Assembly (NCBI RefSeq): GCF_006345805.1
Contig: NC_042999.1
Coordinates: 27,838,001 to 27,902,000, forward strand
Direction of reading: 5' to 3'
Length of the DNA: 64,000 nucleotides
Source of the DNA: Octopus sinensis
Taxonomy: Eukaryota
Of the stretch, positions 53,296 through 64,000 are shown one piece after another. The notes beneath the pieces were generated by a model. It saw nothing but the letters and a program-made list of their open reading frames with translations. It did not search any database and was not told the origin of the DNA. How positions within the stretch are numbered: the first letter of the stretch is position 1; the number at the start of each line of letters is the position of its first letter. The translations under genes were made by a program, and so were the position numbers.

Positions 53296-53590
53296 TACAA
53301 GAGTTACGGAATGGAGTATGGAAAATCCGGGTTACATATGTTTCATGGCGAGTGGAAACTCAGAAGTGGTAAAAGCCACGTGAGGTGTATACCGTGGGCT
53401 ACTCCACTGAATCCTCTTTGCGCCAACGTATACCCCCTTGCGACAATGTCGCCTTTAATCTAATCGAGATATCCTTGACCTGAAGAGTAGCCGGCGATAT
53501 ACACCTCACTTGGATTTGACCACTTCTGAGGTTCCACTCACTATGCAAACATAGCCTGGATTTTCGATTCTCCGTTCCGTAACGCTTGTA
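53296..53590. mobile_element. TA-flanked MITE with ~115-bp imperfect inverted arms
   Basis: TACAAGAGTTACGGAATGGAG...GTGAGGTGTATA versus ATATACACCTCAC...CTCCGTTCCGTAACGCTTGTA. Confidence 0.7.
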
Positions 53591-53601
53591 TATATAATAT
53601 G

Positions 53602-53651
<50 letters not shown>

Positions 53652-53661
53652 ATATATTATA

Positions 53662-53743
<82 letters not shown>

Positions 53744-54027
53744 TGTGTGTGTATATGTATATATATATATATATAGTTATTCCAAACATGAAAACACAAA
53801 GAAAAACACAACAACTCGAGGACGGGAACAAGTATAGCGTTATTGGACGCACAAGAAAGGAAAGAAAGAAGGAGAAATTAACGTTTCGAGCGGAGCTCTT
53901 TGTTAGAAACATAGGAAAAGGAAAGATCCAAGGAAGGGAAAACGGAGGAAAAAATCGCCAACGATACACACGCGGTCACATGTGTGTGTGTATATATATA
54001 TATACACACACACACATATATATATAT

Positions 54028-54046
54028 ATAGATAGATAGATAGGCT

Positions 54047-54127
<81 letters not shown>

Positions 54128-54143
54128 GCAGGCTGATAGATAG

Positions 54144-54200
<57 letters not shown>
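54028..54200 (+). repeat. (GATA)n microsatellite with GGCAGGCT and GGCT variants, 3' flank of LINE copy B
   Basis: Direct. Confidence 0.95.
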
Positions 54201-54201
<1 letters not shown>

Positions 54202-55746
54202 TGTTTCTTTATTAGCCACACAGGGCTGCACACAGATAGAACAAATTACAAGGTAGAGCTTTTCTTTTGAAGGTATTAAAAAAAAAAAAAAAAAAAAAGG
54301 AAGGGGGAGGTTCGATCAAAAGGGATCGTAAAAGGAGAGAAAGAGGACAAAAATAAGGGGGGTTAAAAAAAAAAAAAAAAAAAAGGGGGGGAGAGGAAAA
54401 AAAAATGATGATAATAGGGTCGTTATCACAGAAATGTCAATATGAAGTGTAAAGGGGAGGACAGGTGAGGTTACCCGTGGAAGGAAAAGCCTGCGGAAAA
54501 GACCACGGTAACCTCGGTCAATGAAGTCACATTTTATATTTCTTTTTTTTTTTTTTTTTTTTGCAAATAAGCAACTCTCTGTTTTCGATTTCTGGGTTCA
54601 TAGGACTATGCTCAAGGTGGCTTCGTCATTCATACGTGCCATTCTTGCTACATTCACCCATCTTTTTTTAAAACATTCGCTAGACAAAACTTGCCTCTCT
54701 ACTCTCACTTTCCTTTTCAAGTGGTACTTGAAGAAGTTGATGAGAGATTGACCAGAGAGGAAAGTGTTTGTCTCCAATCCTTTCAGACGCGTCCACCAGA
54801 TACATTCTTTCGCCATAGCCACAAGGATGATGAAAATAGCTCTTCCTTCCCGTTTGAAGGAAGGAGGCGTGACAATATTGACGATAGACTCAGCTGATAA
54901 ACCGACTCGTCCCACACGTGACAGCAGTTGTTCGACATAAGCCCACAGGTCGGAAATTGTTGGACACTGAACGAGTGCGTGCAGAACGGTTTCGTCGCTC
55001 TGACCGCATCTCGGGCAGGTCGGCCCCGTGTTTCTCGAGCCGTGTCTGTAGAGCTTATCCCGAACGGGTAGCGCTTCTCGGTAGCACTGCCAGGCCAGGG
55101 ATCTCTGGAAGTTGTCCATGGGCCCTGGCCCGAAAGTCGTCCCGAACAGGCGGGTCAGGTACTCCTCGTCGACGTCCATGTTCGCCCCGAGCTCGTCGTC
55201 GTACTTCCCCTCCACTAAACCCCTATAGAATGCTTTGGTTGTGTTGAAGTCACTTAAGGTCGACCCAGGACGGCAGAGTTGCTTGAGAGCAACGCGACAC
55301 TCGCGGTGCCATTCGCCCTTCCTCGGCCTCTTTTTGATCCACGACTGCAGTTCGGTCATGGAGACGAGCTGCGGGAAAGCGTGCCTCACAAACGGCGACC
55401 ACACCTGTTCACCGTCGTCTACATAGAGCCAGAGATGTCGCAGTCTCAGCGCGTGTCTGCGCATCATCAACCACGGCATGCCCAGCCCTCCTTTTAACGG
55501 GTGTTGACAGCAAATGGATCGCCTGACCATCGGGACGCATCCTTTCCACAAGAAGCGAAAGAGGATGCGTTGTAGTTTGGTGATGGTAGGGTCGGGACAA
55601 GGTACGACGGTCAGGCGGTAGTAGATGACGGACGCGATGTACGTGTTCGCCACCTCCGCTCGACCTTTTAGGGACAGTTTCCTCTCGGCCCATTGCCGGG
55701 CGAGAGTGACCACCCTACTCGTTATCTCGTTCCAGTTCTTCTCCAC
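54201..55746 (-). mobile_element. Tx1/L1-clade LINE copy B (5'-truncated, ~1.55 kb) inserted in a (TATC)n array
   Basis: ORF2 C-terminus, then a ~400-nt 3' UTR ending AATAAAGAAACAT directly followed by (ATCT)n; the 5' junction is also in (TATC)n. Confidence 0.9.
54598..55746 (-). CDS. C-terminal portion (382 aa, open) of a Tx1/L1-clade non-LTR retrotransposon ORF2: post-RT region plus zf-RVT/CCHC zinc knuckle; 5'-truncated
   Basis: Translation has motifs typical of L1/Tx1 ORF2 C-termini: W..RKLSLKGR...[15 protein letters not shown], and [18 protein letters not shown] (C-x2-C-x9-H-x4-C). The start is the truncation junction with (TATC)n, not a true ATG. Confidence 0.9.
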   Translation of the reverse strand: MEKNWNEITSRVVTLARQWAERKLSLKGRAEVANTYIASVIYYRLTVVPCPDPTITKLQRILFRFLWKGCVPMVRRSICCQHPLKGGLGMPWLMMRRHALRLRHLWLYVDDGEQVWSPFVRHAFPQLVSMTELQSWIKKRPRKGEWHRECRVALKQLCRPGSTLSDFNTTKAFYRGLVEGKYDDELGANMDVDEEYLTRLFGTTFGPGPMDNFQRSLAWQCYREALPVRDKLYRHGSRNTGPTCPRCGQSDETVLHALVQCPTISDLWAYVEQLLSRVGRVGLSAESIVNIVTPPSFKREGRAIFIILVAMAKECIWWTRLKGLETNTFLSGQSLINFFKYHLKRKVRVERQVLSSECFKKRWVNVARMARMNDEATLSIVL

Positions 55747-55784
<38 letters not shown>

Positions 55785-55791
55785 GCAGGCT

Positions 55792-55874
<83 letters not shown>
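55747..55874 (+). repeat. (GATA)n microsatellite with a GGCAGGCT variant, 5' flank of LINE copy B
   Basis: Direct. Confidence 0.95.
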
Positions 55875-55877
<3 letters not shown>

Positions 55878-56099
55878 GAAAGTTTTCTCTCCAGCATCTC
55901 TTCGCCGACTCAAAAGATCGTAGTGGATCGCACTTAGTTGTTTCAGGTCTGCTAGATCAAGGCATGATCAATGTTTGTACACCACCAACAGCAGCAAGAA
56001 ACACAGCTCCAATATCAAATTGTTAAAAAAACAGCAAGATTTAGATATTGTAATTCGCAATGGTAATTAACGAAAACGCATCAATCGAGGAAGATTCTA

Positions 56100-56530
56100 C
56101 ACGGTTGCTTGGCCTGTTAGCAATAGCTGTCAAAATGCTTTGACATCACTTTAGGCAGTCAAAGGCCTGCCAGTTCTAACCGATATGGCTGAAGTAACAA
56201 GAGCGCGATCTCTGGCTATCTATGACTGTTGCTGATACAACCAGGTGACTTTAAACAGCACTTTAGGCGTTTGGGCAAATCAAAGAACTGGGCTCCGTAG
56301 TATATATTTTAAAAACAGCAAGCCACAAACATAGATCAGAATTGACTCCCTGAGACTTGTAAGGTCTCCGGGCAAATGCGCAGTGTGCCCATGTCTTACG
56401 ACGGCTCTGCCTATAACATCCTGTATAGCACACTGAATTCAACACGCCAATGGTACCCATCTACTGCCAGGTAGATATTTTCTTCGTCTGCGATGGATTC
56501 CTACAGTTCGAGCAAATCTCCGCCTTTACA
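56100..56530 (+). pseudogene. Highly decayed LINE ORF2 3' end
   Basis: Broken frames give AHVLRR, RQWYP and LRLRWIPTVRANL, resembling the GHVLR / GRPRLRW..V..DL terminus. Confidence 0.3.
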
Positions 56531-57332
56531 AAAAGCTTCTCGGGATATAATTGTTTTATTTGTTCTCGTGTTGAAGGATTTTTGTTGTTTTTTTTTCTCT
56601 TTTTTTTCTTTTTTTTTTTTGTAAAGGAAATATAAGGAAGAAAATTAAACAGCGATAAACTGTGTCCTAGAAAAAACAAAAAAATCATAAGTGTTTTTGA
56701 GTGTTAAATAGTTATTTTGGCAATAAATAGATGGAACTGGTAAGCAAGAATAAAACATCTGGTAATCTATCTAATCATAATAATAACAATCAGGAAAATA
56801 ACCATCGCCGCTGCCACCCCAGTAGCAACAGCAACAATAACAACAACCATGGTGGTGATGATGATGATGATGGTGATGAATTCACCGAATATTTTACTTG
56901 TAACGTGCTAATTGATTCAACGAAAAGAACTAATAACCATATGGTAATCTATTCGAGGGAGTCTGTTGCTATTTCTTTTTTTTTTTTCCTAATCTTTGTC
57001 TTTCGTTAAGCGTGAAGAGGCGGAATATTGCCCATAGCCGACCCAAACGATGGGAATGCATCGCCGAGGGAGATATCTGTCTTGGATTGTGGTAACTGAT
57101 GTAGAGTGGTCTTTGGGGCAGATTGTACTGCTCTATCTAGAAAGGTAACTCAACCGAGTAGAAGTACCATTGTTGGTTCCTACAGAATGTCTGATAAAAC
57201 TAATTGTTCAAGGTGTAGATATAGGACAAGATTTATATAAGTTGTACTGTTTATCATTAATAATAATTTGGGACGCTTTAGTATTTCTACGGCTTATATG
57301 TCAGCTACACCAGTACGAACAGTAATGTTTTG

Positions 57333-57748
57333 GGATCTTTTCGGTTTGAACGGCAGTTTTTCCTAGCGGTGTCATATGAAATTGTCACCCATAATTTTGA
57401 CCCTAGTATCGATCTATTGCATTTCAATCTATTTTAGGGTTAGGGTTAGGGGTGGGGGAAGGGTATCTGTTTTTCTTCACAAATGTAAATAAACCCAATC
57501 TGTTTCTTAAACGAGGCACATATTCATACGGCACAGAATGTTTTTTTTACCTCAATAGACGTCAGTGATTGGTTGAAATTGCAGAAATTGAAGAAAAAAC
57601 AACAAATATCTTACAAACTATAGAATTTTCTCAATAAAGCCAAGAGAAAAAGATGTTTTATAAACACATTCTACCAGTATACGAAGTTTAATATGTTTTC
57701 GTTACCTAGAAATTATGTTAAAAACTGCCGTTCAAACCGAAAAGATCC
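57333..57748 (-). mobile_element. Same MITE family, copy 2
   Basis: TIRs; perfect 8-bp TSD ATGTTTTG; internal TTAGGGTTAGGGTTAGGG. Confidence 0.9.
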
Positions 57749-58817
57749 ATGTTTTGTTTATCATCCTGTATAACATATTTTGTTTTTTTGTCTTTGGTCG
57801 GTAAGTGGTATTTTCTCTTTGTTACTATCTAGAAGTCAAAGGAAACTACTACTATTCCTTTCGAACTTAGCTTTTGTGATTGGACATCAATGCTTTGAAA
57901 CTGACATAGTCTCCATTACATTTCAGACATACTCTGCTGAATTGCTGAAGCAGAAATATCGTTATAGCAAATGTTCTGCTCAATACCACAGATTTGCTTG
58001 TCATTTGCTTGACCTTAAGCACTTGAGCTTGTCCCTTTGTGGCTGACAATATATGCATCTCTGATCGCGAGCAGGAGTAGTGTGGGAGCATTATAGCTAT
58101 ATGTTGAGAGGGAGTTTTGGGGTTTGAATAGATGTAACAAAAGCAAACTTTGAAGGAAATATTAAGCATTTTTCATACTTCTAGATTTAAGCAGATAGAA
58201 AATATCAGTTGCTACCCAAGGTCAAAAATAGTGTTACACAGTGTTATTGAAAATTTCGGACACGGTAATAATTTGGGACACTTTCGTATTTCTATGGCTT
58301 AAATGTCTGCTATTATAGATCTGTACGAGCAGTAATTTTTTGTTTATTATCATTGCTAAGTTGAGACACGATAACATCTAAATGGATCAAATACGAACAA
58401 TTCAAGGAATTATATATTCCTATCAATGTATACTTACTATAAATAACAAGATGGGGCATTCTAGTGTATGTATAGCTCAAATTGAGCTGAACATTAAACT
58501 TTCATAACATTGAACTTGATAAAGAAGGTGATTTAAGAGACACATGTTCACAGATATGGTAATTGTTTGTTTTCTTTTTTTTTTTAGATATAGAATATTT
58601 AGGGCTGAAATATTGCAATACTTGTTTCTACAACAGTAAGGTTTAATTTAGGGATATTTGGCTGCTATCTCTACTAGGCCAAGTGGATGAGTAGAGTAGT
58701 CAATGTTTTCGGACCTGGAGCTCAGAAAACAAAGGTGGGAGGTTGGTGGTCGTGTTTATATGCTATGATATCTTCCTCTGAAACCCGCAAAGTCTGCCGG
58801 CAAAGTTTCACCGAATT

Positions 58818-58849
58818 TCATATTGTGTCTGAGAAGCCTTCAAGTTTCT
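58818..58849 (-). CDS. Putative terminal coding exon ((E)KLEGFSDTI*)
   Basis: Very strong polypyrimidine acceptor (TTTCTCTTTTCTTTTTTAACAG); phase-compatible with the 61364-61513 exon; AATAAA about 470 nt downstream. Confidence 0.4.
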
Positions 58850-59053
58850 CTGTTAAAAAAGAAAAGAGAAACAAACAAAAGAAAAAAAAAACAGTATACC
58901 AATTCTCTATATAGCAGGAAAAGGCTTTTATTAAACTGCATTGAAAAGTTCCTACCCCACCAGAAATGTCTTTTTGAAAATCTATATACCGAAAAACAAA
59001 AAGACAAAAAATTTACATAACGTCCCCGACCCACAAGATGTTTAAGATCCGTT

Positions 59054-59460
59054 GGATCTTTTCGGTTTGAATAGCAGCTTTTTTCTAGCGGTGTCATATG
59101 AAATTGTCACCCTTAATTATGACCCTAGAATCGATCTATTGCATTTCAATCTATTTTAGGGGTGGGGGAAAGGGTATCTTTTTTTCTTCACAAATGTAAA
59201 TAAACCCAATCTGTTTCTTAAACAAGGGACATATTTATACGGCACAGAATGCTTTTTACCTCCATAGACGTCACTGATTGGTTGAAATTGCAGAAATTGA
59301 AGAAAAAAAAGCAACAAATACCTTACAAACTATAGAATTTTCTCAATAAAGCCAAGAGAAAAAGATGTTTTATAAACACATTCTACCAGTATACGAAGTT
59401 TAAAATTTTTTAGTTACCTAGAAATTATGTTAAAAACTGCCGTTCAAACCGAAAAGATCC
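59054..59460 (-). mobile_element. Same MITE family, copy 3
   Basis: TIRs; flanks GATCCGTT / GATCCTTT; only one TTAGGG. Confidence 0.85.
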
Positions 59461-59834
59461 GATCCTTTGAAGAATTTGTTTTGTTTAAGAAACTGAAAAC
59501 GTCTTTCCATTTTTTAAAACTATTTCACATATCAAGCCGTTACAAATTCTTTTTTCACCAACATCACAATAAAAATACCTTTTTTTTTCTGTTTTCAGAA
59601 AGATATTACCGTTTACTGTAAAAAGTCGCCAGAGTTTAGCGGTCACCTGTAAGTAGCAGTTTTTATCATACATTAAACATTCATTTTCCACCCATTTAAG
59701 ATAAGAATATTAGATGTCACTGTTTGCTTAATTATTTGCTTGCTTCAGTGTTCGTTCAGGTATCTCAGGAGTACCGAAGCAAGAAACTCCGATTTTGTAT
59801 AAATTATAACAAATTAAAGGAAAATGTGTTAACA

Positions 59835-60001
59835 TAGGCGCAGGAGTGGCTACGTGGTAAGTAGCTTGCTTACCAACCACATGGTTCCGAGTTCATTCCC
59901 ACTGCGTGGCACCTTGGGCAAATGTCTTCTACTATAGCTTCTAGCCGACCAAAGCCTTGTGAGTGGATTTGGTAGACGGAAACTGAAACAAGCCCATCGT
60001 A

Positions 60002-60045
<44 letters not shown>

Positions 60046-60172
60046 CTTATGTTTGTGTGTCTGTGTTTGTCTCCCCAGATACTGGTGTATTTTCGTCCCC
60101 GTAACTTAGCGGTTCGGCAAAAAAAGACCGATAGAATAAGTACTAGGCTTACAAAGAACAAGTCCTGGGGCC
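59835..60172 (+). mobile_element. SINE family B, tail truncated
   Basis: Match. Confidence 0.85.
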
Positions 60173-60637
60173 GATACTGCAAGCTAATGTCAAACACGAA
60201 TATTGCTTCTAACAGAAATCAATAAGAGAACAACATGTTGGGTAACGTTTGACACAATAGACATCCTGTCAAACACTACTATTATTTTTAACAAGCCTAA
60301 ATTAGGGATAGAATCTGATACTTGTAGGAGGACAAGAAAAAATAATTTTTTGAGCGGAAACTTTGCTCAAATGCTTGCAGGGGAGTAGATACCGTTAAAG
60401 GTACCTCACGGCCTGGCGAGGCTGTTAAGCTTGATGGTGAACTTAATCTACCATCCTCTCAATCGAACGGTCAATTCGACGGACATTTCCGCCTGTAATG
60501 CTTCCGACACGATACATTCTTTGGTTAGCAAAATGCTATAGAATAGGATACCTGCTCATGATACCACATCCTGAAATCGAAACCGAAACCTGTTAATAAA
60601 AAGTAGACTTCTTAACTACAAAACTACATCTGTTTGA

Positions 60638-60792
60638 AGGCTGTGTGGTAAGTAGCTTGTTTACCAACCACATGGTTCCGGGTTCAGTCCCACTGCGTGG
60701 CACCCTGGGCAAGTGTCTTCTACTATAGCCTCGGGCCGACCAAAGCCTTGTGAGTGGATTTGGTAGACGGAAACTGAAAGAAGCCCGTCGTA

Positions 60793-60834
<42 letters not shown>

Positions 60835-61070
60835 ATATGCGTGTGTGTGTTTGTGTGTCTGTGTTTGTCCCCCTAGCATTGCTTGACAATCGATGCTGGT
60901 GTGTTCATGTCCCCGTTACTTAGCGGTTCGGCAAAAGAGACCGATAGAATAAGTGCTGGGCTTACAAAAGAATAAGTAACGGGGTCGAGTTGCTCGATTA
61001 AAGACGGTGCTCTAGCATGGCTGCAGTCAAATGACTGAAACAAGTAAAAGAGTAAAAGAGTAAAAGAGAG
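60638..61070 (+). mobile_element. SINE family B
   Basis: Match. Confidence 0.9.
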
Positions 61071-61363
61071 TAATAAAAAAGATTGTAGGTCACGGCTGGA
61101 ATGCTCTTCATCATGGATCTGCTGGACGAAGTCTACCTATAATTAAGTTACAGCAACAACAACTTACAGTGAAAGAAAATTGTCTTGTCTGGTAAAAATG
61201 ATATTACTGAACAGCTGAATCAAAGGTTTTGATCCTCACTACACCATTTATTAATACAATAAAGATGAGTGATCCCTAAAACTGTATTCATTTAACCTCT
61301 TTGTCATGGGATGCAAACCGATCGACGCGACCACCGAGAAATTTCAACCATTCCTCAATTTAC

Positions 61364-61513
61364 CGTCTATAAAACTGGCCAAGTACATCGGATAATTTTG
61401 TTCGAGATCACACTGCAGGAAAAATTTCTGTATCGGGGCATTAAGTGTTTCATACGATCTTGCAAGTGTCTTGTGCGTCATTTCCTCCTTATATATCAGC
61501 CGTTGGTAGTCTA
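61364..61513 (-). CDS. Putative 150-nt phase-1/phase-1 coding exon (DYQRLIYKEEMTHKTLARSYETLNAPIQKFFLQCDLEQNYPMYLASFID), unidentified protein
   Basis: Acceptor TTTTTGCCTGGTCACAG, donor ACG|GTAAAT, 49 open codons of protein-like composition, length a multiple of 3. Confidence 0.55.
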
Positions 61514-61765
61514 CTGTGACCAGGCAAAAACCTAACAAGTAACCTTATTCAGTGAAAGGGGTAAATAAATTCAGCAGTGAAACTAAGCAAAACAGTTGCT
61601 ATATGTCACTCGGTGAACTGTGGTACATAGGTAAGAGAGTGTGGTACGTATATGAATATGGGTGAAAGGTACCTGCCCTTCTTAAATGTAGTAGGCATCC
61701 TGTCTAAATCAAAATATATAATAATTGAGCATACACATATACACACAATTGTACATCTCATTATG

Positions 61766-61821
<56 letters not shown>

Positions 61822-61976
61822 CGTGTGTGTATGTATGGGATTATACACACAGTATATATCTATGTATATATATGTAAATAAATCTATATATGCACGAGAC
61901 AGCATTTATTGATTTAGCATGTGCTTAGGTGAATGGCGAACATACATCCATGTATATGCGTGTGCATATATATATA

Positions 61977-62028
<52 letters not shown>

Positions 62029-62054
62029 CATATATATATACATATATATACATA

Positions 62055-62097
<43 letters not shown>

Positions 62098-63494
62098 GTA
62101 CATAATACATACATACATACATACATACGTATACTTACAAATGATAATGTGCGAACATACATACACACACACACATAGTGAACTACACCAACCACCGGAA
62201 GTTTCCCAAACACTTTTGTGCGTGTGTGTCTGAAAAAGGCTCATCATTGGCTGAATTATTGCTGACGTATGAAAGTGTTAACAGGAAATACTGGTAATAG
62301 CGACGGTGGGTTAATATCAAAACTGGTGTATAACAACATAAATGGCGGCGTTGTCGCTTATTCTTTTATTTTGATTTGCTATATAAATGATTGCCAATTG
62401 CTGTATGGTAATAAAATAACATAGATCCCATGCATGTGTATGTGTGTGTTTATGTGCATGTGCATGTGTGCACATATGTATGTGTTCGTACGTGTGTGAA
62501 GTTAAGGCGATATCAATGAGCAAAAAACTAAAATTTAGCTTAAATAACTTTAAGCAGCTAAGCTGAATAGAGTCGGTAACACTGATGTCTACTTATTGGC
62601 AGATTTTCAAGACTGACCGGTCTTGCGTTCGTTAGACTTCGAATTTTTGATCTAGGAGTAGCATCTATACGCATGGGTCTTACTTGTGGTTGAGTGTGTC
62701 GAATGCGATATGGTAGGAATGAGTTTTCTTAGAGAATATGAAAGGTTTACAATATTTCAGAACTCTAAAAGTTCTATGTCGACATGAAGAAATAAGAATA
62801 ATAAAATGGTTTAAGTTTGGAGAAGAGAACTTTATAGGGCTCTGTAAAAGTAGAACTGATATAGTTACTTAAATATGACTTGGCAGAGGACTTAGTAAAA
62901 TTGTAGGGTGGATTGGTTTCTTTCAAAAACTAGAAGTGCAACGATACTGAAGTAGCATATTTCTACTTGGGTGCCGGAATGAATCTATGTGGTGCTTAAA
63001 TCTTATTTTGAATTGATTTGCCATTAAACCTATGTAAGAGTGGGAAGAATTGATGTTAACAATGTCTCAGTATATAATATATATTTTACTAGGTAATTGT
63101 CTTCGATTGGAAATATATTGGTATTTGTAGATTTGCCTTTGGGTATTCACTTAATTATATGTATCTTCTTATACGGGCGCATGTCTGTTAATGTTTAAGT
63201 ATCCGAATATATGAAATATTGAACGTTCAAGTGTGGAGGTGTAATCGATGTCATGGGCCTGTAAAAGAGTTACTCAGGAGGACGATATGATTATTGACAG
63301 AAGAAAAGGAGTGGAAAGCAGAAGTATAATAAACCTATATGCATATATACAAACAACAATATGCGCTATTAACTCCTTTCGCATATTATGTATTTATGCC
63401 ATTCATACATGCAGAGGGCACACTCGAGTAAACACGTTCATATAAACAGATATAATTATATGCATTGTTTCTGTGTGTTTCTGTGTATGATTAT

Positions 63495-63600
63495 ACACCG
63501 CGATGTTACGTCACTTCCGCTCGCCGGTCGTTCCTTGCAGCATTTCTGTGTTCAGTGTGGCTATGTTCAGAGGCCATCCGGCCTCCCGCCTCCGTCGTCA
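63495..63600. promoter_or_regulatory. CpG-rich patch with an overlapping CRE/ETS motif
   Basis: TTACGTCACTTCCG at 63506-63519. Confidence 0.3.
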
Positions 63601-64000
63601 ACTGGAAGTTATTTTGCCTCTTCGTTCTACAGTCCCTTATGGTCTCAATTCTTCACCCCTATTCATGGTTCTGTGATCGGTCCCGTATGTGGCACCTAGG
63701 GCAAGTTTCTTCTATAATTCCAGGCCGACCAATGCCCTTTTTGATAGGTTGAGAGACTGAAAGAAGCTAGTTACACACCCGTGCGCGCGCACACATACAA
63801 AAAATACACATACACATATATACGAGAGTGTGTGTGTATATGTTTATATGCATATAATTGGCCATTCTCTATCTTCACAGTGAGATACGTGCATCACTTT
63901 CTACGTTTTCACTTTAACTTCTTTGATATTTCATCTCCCTCTCTCTTGATAAATAAAGTACCAGTTACGCACTGGGATCGATGAAATCGACTTAATCCCT

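Noticed and set aside
62684-62845. 53-codon open minus frame ending at a GTAAGA donor
   Set aside because: Phase does not match the 61513 acceptor, there is no ATG, and the composition is unconvincing.

Overview
AT-rich, repeat-dense animal genomic DNA. I recognise the tRNA-headed SINE families from memory as octopus-type, so the species call is inference, not a database result. Most of the window is SINEs (three families, about 35 copies), microsatellites, MITEs, a Helitron, decayed mariner and RTE-type fragments, and one 100-N gap. Nearly all ORFs in the supplied track are simple-repeat or SINE artefacts. The one clearly recognisable protein is the C-terminal part of a Tx1/L1-clade LINE ORF2 (54598-55746, minus). 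It occurs as two 5'-truncated copies, each inserted in a (TATC)n array in the same relative orientation, together forming a ~1.25 kb inverted repeat. From splice signals and reading phase I also infer minus-strand exons of unidentified genes: 19358-19336 joined to 3820-3694 (possibly to 634-548), and a 150-nt exon at 61513-61364 with apparently duplicated terminal exons. Other highlights are two families of Penelope-type minimal hammerhead-like motifs with variant cores, a fold-back mariner built from two 5' halves, a MITE with 8-bp TSDs carrying TTAGGG repeats, and many inverted-repeat structures.
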